A stretch of 32,000 nucleotides of DNA from an uncultured Saccharicrinis sp. (GTDB lineage Bacteria; Bacteroidota; Bacteroidia; Bacteroidales; Marinilabiliaceae): NCBI GenBank assembly GCA_963666825.2, contig OY763044.2, positions 1,047,221 through 1,079,220 of the forward strand, written 5' to 3'. The stretch's first letter is position 1; each line of letters begins with the position of its first letter. The notes below the pieces were generated by a model. That model saw only the letters and a program-made list of their open reading frames with translations. It was not told the DNA's origin and ran no database searches. This document shows, one piece after another, positions 25,398 to 32,000 of this stretch. A program made the translations under genes and the position numbers.

Positions 25398-26204
25398 ATG
25401 TTTTTTAGTTCGAATATTAAATTTTTGAGAAAGCGCCGTAAGCGAACACAGGATGATGTTGCTGTAGCTTTAGATATGAAACGATCCACTCTGAGTGGGT
25501 ACGAAAATGGTGTGGCACAGCCCAGTGTTTCTGTGTTGGTTGCTTTTTCAGGCTATTTCAATGTGGCAATAGATACCTTAATAAAGATTGACTTAACATC
25601 ATTAAGAGAGAGTCAGCTGACTCAGCTGGAAAATGGATTTGATGTATTTTTAAAAGGAAGTGGGTTGAGGGTTTTGGTTTCAACTGTAGATTCGGATAAT
25701 AGAGAAAATATTGAATTGGTGCCGGAAAAAGCAAAAGCAGGATATACAACAGGTTTCTCTGATCCTGAATATGTTAAGGATTTACCAGTGTTTCAATTGC
25801 CTTTTTTATCCAGTGAAAAGAAATATCGGACCTTTCAGATATCCGGAGATTCCATGCTTCCTATTCCTAGTTCATCCTGGGTTACAGGAGAATTTTTACT
25901 TGACTGGCGGAATATCAAAAGTGGAACCCCATGTATTATTGTAACGCAGGATGATGGTGTAGTATTTAAAATTGTTGAAAATAAACTGGAGGATGAAAAG
26001 GTGTTGAGGTTGCATTCGTTGAATCCGCTTTATAAGCCCTATACTATAGCTGCAGAAGGTGTTTGTGAGGTTTGGCAGTTTGTACACTATATCAGTAATG
26101 TTATGCCTGAAAATCAAGAGGAATCTATTGATTTGGAGCAAACTGTGGTTGGTTTGCAGCAGGAAATTATTCGTATTAAGGAACGTATGGGTTGGAAAGA
26201 ATAA
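25398..26204 (+). CDS. LexA/CI-like autocleavable repressor: XRE-type HTH + S24 peptidase domain
   Basis: N-terminal HTH (IKFLRKRRKRTQDDVAVALDMKRSTLSGYENGVAQPS). A possible Ala-Gly cleavage site sits in PEKAKAGYTTG. The S24 Ser motif is ISGDSMLP and the Lys block is VVFKIV. The gene is divergent from dinB-dnaE2. Confidence 0.85.
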   Translation: MFFSSNIKFLRKRRKRTQDDVAVALDMKRSTLSGYENGVAQPSVSVLVAFSGYFNVAIDTLIKIDLTSLRESQLTQLENGFDVFLKGSGLRVLVSTVDSDNRENIELVPEKAKAGYTTGFSDPEYVKDLPVFQLPFLSSEKKYRTFQISGDSMLPIPSSSWVTGEFLLDWRNIKSGTPCIIVTQDDGVVFKIVENKLEDEKVLRLHSLNPLYKPYTIAAEGVCEVWQFVHYISNVMPENQEESIDLEQTVVGLQQEIIRIKERMGWKE

Positions 26205-26300
26205 TTAGCACTGTATTGTTTGTTTTAAAAGATGAGTATAAAAGAGCTATTTTTCTTCTGTTATAGGGCAGTATTGGGGGTTTAAGTGCTTATGATTTAC

Positions 26301-26308
26301 TATATTTG
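26301..26308 (+). promoter_or_regulatory. candidate -7 promoter box (TATATTTG) for the DUF554-kinase-murU-nhaA gene string
   Basis: Exact TAnnTTTG match, 54 nt upstream of the 26362 start. Confidence 0.4.
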
Positions 26309-26361
26309 GCAAAAATGTAAAAAATAGTTTTACGAAGCTTTGATTTTAATCTGAAACAGCA

Positions 26362-27048
26362 TTGATTACCGGCACAATAATAAATATATCAACTGTACTT
26401 CTGGGAAGTTTAATAGGTATTCTTTTCCGCTCAAAATTACCTGAGCGTTTTATTAAGATTGTTTTTCAGGGAATAGGTCTTTTCACTATTGTACTTGGAG
26501 TGTCTATGTCGCTAAAAAGTAATCATTTGTTGGTTATGGTTTTTAGCCTGATTGTAGGTGGAATTGTGGGAGAGTTGCTTCGTCTGGAAACAAAAGTGGA
26601 GGGTGTGGCTAATTATCTGAAAGATAAATTTAAGTTAGGAAACGAGCGTTTTTCAGAAGGAATGGTTACTGCATTTTTATTGTACTGCATGGGATCAATG
26701 ACTATTCTGGGAGCGATTGAAGAGGGGATAGGTAATGGTTATGATTTATTACTTACCAAATCAATTATGGATGGATTTGCCAGTATCGCATTGGCTTCTG
26801 CATTTGGTGTGGGCGTAGCTTTCTCAGTTGTGCCTTTGTTAGTGTATCAAGGTGGGTTAACGGTTTTAAGTACCTTTTTAGGTGATTATTTTTCTGATAT
26901 AATAACTAATGATATGACAGCGGTGGGAGGTGTGTTATTGGTTGGATTAGGAATTAATATATTAGAAATAAAGAAAATTAAAGTATTGAATTTGCTACCT
27001 GCAATATTAGCCGCTATAGCTTTATCGTGGTTGTATATGCAGTTTTAA
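26362..27048 (+). CDS. DUF554 (YdfK/YqgA-like) integral membrane protein
   Basis: MITGTIINISTVLLGSLIGILFRSKLPERF matches the conserved DUF554 N-terminus. The protein is multi-helix and hydrophobic throughout. The start codon is TTG. Confidence 0.75.
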   Translation: MITGTIINISTVLLGSLIGILFRSKLPERFIKIVFQGIGLFTIVLGVSMSLKSNHLLVMVFSLIVGGIVGELLRLETKVEGVANYLKDKFKLGNERFSEGMVTAFLLYCMGSMTILGAIEEGIGNGYDLLLTKSIMDGFASIALASAFGVGVAFSVVPLLVYQGGLTVLSTFLGDYFSDIITNDMTAVGGVLLVGLGINILEIKKIKVLNLLPAILAAIALSWLYMQF

Positions 27049-27058
27049 CAATAGATAT

Positions 27059-28483
27059 ATGAAGTTAGAAAAACAGCAATTGTTAATGGAAATGTTTACC
27101 CAATGGGCGGGAGGAAAAGTGGAATCTTTATCCTTGCTTCCTCCATCGGGATCCTATAGAGAATATTTACGTATTTGTGGTGGTGGTAAATGTGCGTTGG
27201 GTGTTTCTAATGCAGATGTTAAAGAGAATAAAGCTTTTCTTGGTTTTTCTGAGCATTTTCATGCTCAGGGTTTAAAAGTACCTCAGGTTTACGCTCAAAA
27301 TCTGGATGAGGGAATTTATCTGGTTGAAGATTTGGGTAGTGTAACACTATTTGATTTTTTGCAGGAAAACAGGGTTGGGGATGATATGTCACCATCTTTA
27401 ATCGATTTATATAAAAAAACAATAAAAGAGTTGATTCAATTTCAACTCAAAGGAACAGAAGGTCTTGATTTTGATTTGTGTTATCCTCGAAAGGCTTTTG
27501 ATCGCCAATCGATGTTGTGGGATCTTCATTACTTCAAATATTATTTCTTAAAGTTGGCGCAGGTTCCGTTTGATGAGCAGGTGTTGGAAGATGACTTTGA
27601 TAAATTAATAGATTTTCTGTTGGAAGCTGAGCATCATTATTTTTTATATCGTGATTTTCAATCCCGAAATATTATGGTGAAGCAAGGTGAACCTTGGTTT
27701 ATTGATTATCAGGGGGGGCGAAAAGGAGCTTTGCAATATGATCTGGCATCATTGCTTTATGATGGTAAAGCAGATATTCCTCCTAAAGTAAGGGAAGATT
27801 TGTATTCTTATTATGTAGATGAGCTTAAAAAAGTTAAAGATATTGACGAAACAGCCTTTAAAAATCATTTTACAGGCTATGTATATATTCGTATCATGCA
27901 GGCTATGGGAGCTTATGGTTTCAGGGGTTTTTATGAGAAGAAAGAGCATTTCTTAAAAAGCATTCCTTATGCCTTACAGAATATTTCATATTTGTTAGAA
28001 AATAGTCCTTTACCTATTGATACACCTGAATTAAAAAAGGTATTAAGTTCATTAATTGAAAATGAGAAATTAAAAAAGATCAATGCTTTAACTGTTACCA
28101 TTAATAGTTTCTCTTATAAAAGAGGAATTCCTTTTGATATGAGTGGAAATGGAGGTGGATTTGTGTTTGATTGCAGAGCCATTCATAATCCGGGAAGATA
28201 TGCTGAATATAAGCATATAACAGGTAGGGATGAGCCTGTAATTGAATTTCTTTCAAAAGAACCTGAAATGAAACAGTTTTTAGATTCTGTTTTTGCTTTA
28301 GTTTCTCAATCTGTAGAGAAATATATAGAGCGAAATTTTAAACATTTGATGGTGAATTTTGGTTGTACTGGTGGTCAGCATCGTTCTGTATATAGTGCTG
28401 AAAGATTAGTTGATTATCTTAGTTCAAAGTATCCTGTATCTATTAAAATCCGACATATAGAGCAGGAGATAAAGAAAGGTTAA
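27059..28483 (+). CDS. fusion protein: AmgK-like anomeric amino-sugar kinase (APH fold, res ~1-330) + RapZ C-terminal-like domain (res ~343-465)
   Basis: Kinase part: LVEDLGSVTL, catalytic loop YRDFQSRNIMV, and FIDYQGGRKGALQYDLASLL. C-terminal part: SFSYKRGIPFD…FVFDCRAIHNPGRY…ITGRDEPVIEFL…MVNFGCTGGQHRSVYSAERLVDYL aligns block by block with E. coli RapZ SFGFKHGIPID…YVFDVRFLPNPHW…MTGLDKPVAAFL…[24 protein letters not shown]. Confidence 0.85.
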   Translation: MKLEKQQLLMEMFTQWAGGKVESLSLLPPSGSYREYLRICGGGKCALGVSNADVKENKAFLGFSEHFHAQGLKVPQVYAQNLDEGIYLVEDLGSVTLFDFLQENRVGDDMSPSLIDLYKKTIKELIQFQLKGTEGLDFDLCYPRKAFDRQSMLWDLHYFKYYFLKLAQVPFDEQVLEDDFDKLIDFLLEAEHHYFLYRDFQSRNIMVKQGEPWFIDYQGGRKGALQYDLASLLYDGKADIPPKVREDLYSYYVDELKKVKDIDETAFKNHFTGYVYIRIMQAMGAYGFRGFYEKKEHFLKSIPYALQNISYLLENSPLPIDTPELKKVLSSLIENEKLKKINALTVTINSFSYKRGIPFDMSGNGGGFVFDCRAIHNPGRYAEYKHITGRDEPVIEFLSKEPEMKQFLDSVFALVSQSVEKYIERNFKHLMVNFGCTGGQHRSVYSAERLVDYLSSKYPVSIKIRHIEQEIKKG

Positions 28484-28487
28484 AGTT

Positions 28488-28637
28488 ATGGGAAAGACTA
28501 TGTGCAAGAAGGACAAGAAAGACAAGAAAAAAGATCTTGATCCTCAGCAGCAAGAAGAGAAGAAGTTTAGATGTAAAAAATGTAATGCAACATCTAATAA
28601 GGAAAAGAAATTGTGTAAACCAACTAAAAATCAATAG
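28488..28637 (+). CDS. unannotated 49-codon Lys-rich, 4-Cys small ORF (possible zinc-ribbon-like micro-protein)
   Basis: ATG at 28488, 4 nt after the kinase stop. TAG at 28635-28637, 7 nt before the next ATG. Translation: MGKTMCKKDKKDKKKDLDPQQQEEKKFRCKKCNATSNKEKKLCKPTKNQ. It is below the ORF-track length cutoff and fills the intergenic gap exactly. Confidence 0.35.
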   Translation: MGKTMCKKDKKDKKKDLDPQQQEEKKFRCKKCNATSNKEKKLCKPTKNQ

Positions 28638-28644
28638 TTAATTA

Positions 28645-29370
28645 ATGAATGCATTGATATTTGCAGCTGGTTTAGGTACAAGATTAGCTCATTTGACAAA
28701 AGAAATACCAAAAGCCTTGGTAGAAGTTGATGGTAAACCAATGTTGTTGCATGCCATTGAAAAGATGATTTCTGTTGGTGTTACCCGTATCGTTATTAAT
28801 ATGCATCATCATGCAGATAAAGTGAAGGCATTTGTGGAGGGATTGGATTTTAAAGGAGTTGAGATTTTTTTGTCGGATGAGAGTAATGAATTATTAGAAA
28901 CCGGAGGTGGGCTAATAAAGGCTGCACCTCTTTTTGATATGTCAAAACCAATCATATTATATAATTCGGATGTAATTACAGGTGCTGATTTAAATAATAT
29001 GGTTTCGTTTCATGAAAAAAATAAAGGCCTGGCTACCTTAATGATTAAAAAGCGTGATACTTCGCGTTATTTTTTATTTGATAGTCAATTTAGGTTATCT
29101 GGTTGGGAGAATATTTCAACCGGAGATAAGATTATAACAAGAGAAAATACGTTTTTAGATTCTTATGCTTTTTCAGGTATACATATTGTTAATCCTGAAA
29201 TTATAGAATTATTGGGCAAGGAACGTAAATTTTCTATTACACAAGGTTATTTAGATCTTTCTGAGCAGTATCTAATATATGGATGGAAAGATTGGAGTGA
29301 GTATTGGTTTGATATTGGTACTCCTGAGAAATTAGCTTCTGTAAATCAATTTTTTAAAGAGAGTAGTTAA
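28645..29370 (+). CDS. sugar-1-phosphate nucleotidyltransferase, MurU-like (MurNAc-1-P uridylyltransferase candidate)
   Basis: N-terminal MNALIFAAGLGTRLAHLTKEIPKALVEVDGKPML (the GxGTRL nucleotidyltransferase motif). It is 241 aa and lies downstream of an AmgK-like kinase, as in the AmgK-MurU recycling pair. Confidence 0.75.
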   Translation: MNALIFAAGLGTRLAHLTKEIPKALVEVDGKPMLLHAIEKMISVGVTRIVINMHHHADKVKAFVEGLDFKGVEIFLSDESNELLETGGGLIKAAPLFDMSKPIILYNSDVITGADLNNMVSFHEKNKGLATLMIKKRDTSRYFLFDSQFRLSGWENISTGDKIITRENTFLDSYAFSGIHIVNPEIIELLGKERKFSITQGYLDLSEQYLIYGWKDWSEYWFDIGTPEKLASVNQFFKESS

Positions 29371-29406
29371 TTATATAATTTAAAATTTTTAAGGGAAAAA
29401 GGGATT

Positions 29407-30774
29407 ATGACAAGTAATGAGAGTTTAAGTCAACAAAGCTTTTATCAACGGTTTTTTAAAGGAATAACGAGTGGAAGTTCCTTGTTGATGTTTGCGACTT
29501 TAGTTGCCGTAATTTGGGCTAATGTACATCATCATTCTTATGAAGGAGTATGGCATGATTTATTTTCATTAGAGGTACATGCTTTAAGTTTGAAAATGAG
29601 TTGGCATCATTGGATTAATGATGGTTTGATGGCCATTTTCTTTTTTGTGGTTGGATTGGAAATTAAAAGGGAGTTTTTGGCCGGGGAGTTAAGTTCTATT
29701 AAGCAGGCATCGCTTCCTATTTTTGCTGCAGTTGGCGGAATGGTTATTCCGATTATTTTATTTTTCTTATTTGGTTTAGAAGGTGAAGCAGGTAATGGTT
29801 GGGGAATTCCTATGGCTACAGATATTGCCTTTTCTTTGGGTATTTTGGCCATGTTAGGTAAAAGAGTTCCTTTAAGTCTTAAGGTTTTTCTTACAGCACT
29901 GGCTATTGTAGATGACCTTGGAGCTGTAATGGTAATTGCATTGTTTTACGGAGGGGAGCTTCAGTGGACTTATTTGGCTATTGCATTTGGATTGTTAGCT
30001 ATTTTGGCTATTGCTAACTTTTTAAATATTCAGGATTTGAAGTTGTATACTTTTGTAGGGTTTGTAATCTGGTTCTTGTTTATTGAGTCTGGTGTTGACG
30101 GACCGGGGTCAGGTTTGCATGCTACCATTGCAGGTGTACTAATTGCATTTACAATTCCTGCTCGTCCAAAAGTTAAAGTTGATCAGTTTCTTTCAAGGAT
30201 AAGTAAAGAAACAAAACACTTTCAGGGAGGAAGTAGTCATGATAATGCCATAGTTTTAACTTCGGAACAGATGCATGCGGCTGATGAGATAGAAAATGCC
30301 GTCTCTAAAGTTCGTAGTCCTTTGCAGTTTATGGAACATCAGTTTCATGGTTTCATAAGTCTTTTTGTTCTTCCTTTGTTTGCTCTGGCAAATGCCGGAG
30401 TTGTTTTGGGCGGTGGACATGGAGATGGGACCATAGGTATGGTATCACTTGCCATTGCATTTAGTCTTGTTTTTGGAAAGGTTATAGGTATTACATTGTT
30501 TTCCTGGTTAGCTGTTAAATTAAGAATCTCAATTAAGCCTCATGGAACATCATGGTTGTCATTTATAGGACTAGGTATGTTAGGTGGAATTGGTTTTACA
30601 ATGTCAATATTTATTGCAAGTTTAGCTTATCCAAATTCACCGGAAATTTTAAATCAAGCTAAAATTGGAATTTTATTAGGTTCAATAGTGGCTGGTGTTA
30701 TGGGGTATTTTACTTTAAAATATTCTCTTAAAAGGGATGAAGAGATGGTAAATAAAGGAGAGAAGATAAAGTAA
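29407..30774 (+). CDS. nhaA: Na+/H+ antiporter NhaA
   Basis: WINDGLMAIFFFVVGLEIKRE and ATDIAFSLGILAMLG are the signature NhaA motifs (conserved Asp pair region ALAIVDDLGAV). About 12 TM segments. Confidence 0.95.
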   Translation: MTSNESLSQQSFYQRFFKGITSGSSLLMFATLVAVIWANVHHHSYEGVWHDLFSLEVHALSLKMSWHHWINDGLMAIFFFVVGLEIKREFLAGELSSIKQASLPIFAAVGGMVIPIILFFLFGLEGEAGNGWGIPMATDIAFSLGILAMLGKRVPLSLKVFLTALAIVDDLGAVMVIALFYGGELQWTYLAIAFGLLAILAIANFLNIQDLKLYTFVGFVIWFLFIESGVDGPGSGLHATIAGVLIAFTIPARPKVKVDQFLSRISKETKHFQGGSSHDNAIVLTSEQMHAADEIENAVSKVRSPLQFMEHQFHGFISLFVLPLFALANAGVVLGGGHGDGTIGMVSLAIAFSLVFGKVIGITLFSWLAVKLRISIKPHGTSWLSFIGLGMLGGIGFTMSIFIASLAYPNSPEILNQAKIGILLGSIVAGVMGYFTLKYSLKRDEEMVNKGEKIK

Positions 30775-30805
30775 TGATTAGTAATAATATCTAAATATAA
30801 ATAAG

Positions 30806-30831
30806 AAAGGAGCCGTTTGGCTCCTTTTTTT
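30806..30831. terminator. bidirectional rho-independent terminator between nhaA and the convergent small HTH gene
   Basis: AAAGGAGCC / GGCTCCTTT stem with a GTTT loop, A-run upstream and T7 downstream. Confidence 0.8.
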
Positions 30832-30833
30832 GT

Positions 30834-31106
30834 TTACATATATTCATGAACTTCTTTTTTGCCTTCTAAAAGGTCTTTTGCGTACTCTAGTATTGTTGTA
30901 TCATCCAATTCAACTATTCCACCGTCAGGACCTGGTTCAGTGTGTATACCAACGCTTTTACCTCTTTCGTAGTTTTTACCACCAAAATAATTTCGAACAG
31001 TTTCAACTGTTAAATTTAAATCTTCAGCAATGGTTCTAATACTACCATCAGGAAGACTGTCCTTTAGTTTTCTTAGCTGGTTGAATGTGATCGTTGTAGT
31101 GCTCAT
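30834..31106 (-). CDS. small (90 aa) putative HTH DNA-binding protein
   Basis: SIRTIAEDLNLTVETVRNYF looks like a helix-turn-helix. The ORF has its own terminator and an AT-rich upstream region. I did not recognise a family. Confidence 0.5.
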   Translation of the reverse strand: MSTTTITFNQLRKLKDSLPDGSIRTIAEDLNLTVETVRNYFGGKNYERGKSVGIHTEPGPDGGIVELDDTTILEYAKDLLEGKKEVHEYM

Positions 31107-31239
31107 AAGCCTTTAGTATTAAAAATTTGAAGTGTTTTAAAGTTAAAAAATAAAATCATATTTTAAAAATATTTAACAATTATAAAACACGTAAATTCAG
31201 AAAAAATACTATTGAAATGCTTTAAAAGCACTAGTTTTA

Positions 31240-31935
31240 TTAGGGTAGCATAACTTTTGCTGCCAGAAAAATAAGAGTAAAACTTAATATTCCGGTAAAA
31301 ACAATTGTTATTACAGAATTAAAACCAAATTGCTCAGCAATTCCTCGGCTAAGACCTTTTTTATTGAAATAAGTTAATCTGACAAAGCGAGGTATTAAAA
31401 CAGAGTATAACTTATAAATCCCAAATCCCAATAGAGCACCTAAAATCATTCCTCCAACAACATCACCAGGATAGTGTACACCAAGATATACTCTGGAGTA
31501 TGCTATGATTATGGCCCATATATAAATGAAGGTTGAATATCCTTTATTTCGGAATAATAATGAAGTAAATACTGCAAGCCCCATAGTATTGGTTGCGTGT
31601 GATGAAACAAAACCATATTTACCACCCCTGTAACCATGTACTGTTTTTATAAAATCTTTTAATAATGGATCGTGAGTAGGACGAAAACGTTCAAAACCAT
31701 GTTTAAATACTTCAGTTGAAATTTGATCACATAAAACTACTAATACAATTAATGATAAAACAGTGATCCAACTCTGACTCTTTTGGCTTTTGATTATGGC
31801 GTATAGAAGTATAGCATAAAGTGGAATCCAGATTAGTGTACTGGAAATAATCCAAAATGAATTGTCCCAAAAATCAGTATGAAAATAGTTTATCAGTTGT
31901 AGAAGTTGGCTATCAAATTCAATTAGTTTATTCAT
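31240..31935 (-). CDS. PAP2-family membrane phosphatase (BcrC/PgpB-like, candidate undecaprenyl-diphosphate phosphatase)
   Basis: All three acid-phosphatase motifs are present: KHGFERFRP (KX6RP), SSH (FVSSHATN) and SRVYLGVHYPGDV (SRX5HX3D). Multi-TM protein. Confidence 0.85.
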   Translation of the reverse strand: MNKLIEFDSQLLQLINYFHTDFWDNSFWIISSTLIWIPLYAILLYAIIKSQKSQSWITVLSLIVLVVLCDQISTEVFKHGFERFRPTHDPLLKDFIKTVHGYRGGKYGFVSSHATNTMGLAVFTSLLFRNKGYSTFIYIWAIIIAYSRVYLGVHYPGDVVGGMILGALLGFGIYKLYSVLIPRFVRLTYFNKKGLSRGIAEQFGFNSVITIVFTGILSFTLIFLAAKVMLP

Positions 31936-32000
31936 GAGTTTATAATTTGTGTTTCATTTGCCAAAAAGAACTTGCAAAATATATGTTTTCAATAACTAGT

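Noticed and set aside
21045-26204. Higher G+C of the dnaE2-dinB-repressor cassette as evidence of a horizontally acquired island
   Set aside because: I hand-counted single 60-nt lines. Within dnaE2 the lines starting at 22261 and 23041 give 31/60 and 28/60 G+C. In the receptor genes the lines at 10021 and 13021 give 15/60 and 17/60. But a line in the GRE gene (4381) gives 29/60 and one in rpoD (1381) gives 23/60. The contrast may therefore reflect protein conservation rather than foreign origin. There are no flanking repeats, tRNA or integrase. A proper windowed GC/k-mer analysis is needed.
28443-28634. 63-aa minus-strand ORF from the track in the kinase-murU spacer
   Set aside because: Its translation is low-complexity (Leu/Phe-rich) and it is the antisense image of the purine-rich + strand. 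The + strand 49-codon ORF fits the operon spacing much better, although it is itself unproven.
30830-31039. 69-aa plus-strand ORF overlapping the small HTH gene
   Set aside because: It starts inside the nhaA terminator T-tract and has a Leu/Phe/Gln-rich, motif-less translation. The minus-strand 90-aa ORF has an HTH-like segment and proper terminator placement.
1-32000. Search by eye for rRNA/tRNA genes, CRISPR arrays, IS elements/transposases, integrases, phage or defence-system genes
   Set aside because: I saw no GC-rich structured RNA-like islands in intergenic regions and no short direct repeats with regular spacers. No ORF carries transposase, integrase, nuclease-helicase or other defence signatures. 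A tRNAscan/Infernal run would be needed for certainty about small RNAs.

Overview
This is an AT-rich, densely coding chromosomal segment of Bacteroidota type. Supporting signs are a short 286-aa primary sigma factor, TAnnTTTG -7 promoter boxes, TonB-dependent receptors and OMP-style signal peptides. I recognised no rRNA, tRNA, CRISPR array, transposase or integrase. Gene content from left to right: (1) the 3' part of htrA, then rpoD. (2) An anaerobic glycyl-radical operon: activase, a HypD-type 4-hydroxyproline dehydratase and a secreted S28/S37-like peptidase. (3) A four-gene operon: YceI-like, outer-membrane beta-barrel, YceI-like, Fe-S-type Rrf2 regulator. (4) Two tandem paralogous modules, each a YfiR-like (DUF4154) periplasmic protein plus a TonB-dependent receptor with an almost invariant acidic N-terminal extension. 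(5) Tryptophanase behind a 690-bp intergenic region. (6) A DUF4382 lipoprotein. (7) A membrane sensor, DUF3365 (heme c)-PAS (Cys-rich)-GAF, with no output domain. (8) An SOS-type mutagenesis cassette: an XRE/S24 LexA-like repressor divergent from dinB-like plus dnaE2. Its control region holds TGATTA/TAATCA palindromes, and the dinB-dnaE2 spacer holds a 7-nt-periodic CAGT/ACTG array. (9) An operon of DUF554, an AmgK-like kinase fused to a RapZ C-terminal domain, an unannotated 49-codon Lys/Cys-rich ORF, a MurU-like nucleotidyltransferase and nhaA. (10) A small HTH protein and a PAP2 phosphatase. The best candidates for undescribed biology are the duplicated YfiR-like/TonB-dependent-receptor modules, which have no diguanylate cyclase or kinase partner, and the AmgK-RapZ(C) fusion. 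The YceI/barrel/YceI/Rrf2 operon and the output-less heme sensor come next. All functional calls rest on motif recognition by eye and recalled family knowledge; no searches were run.
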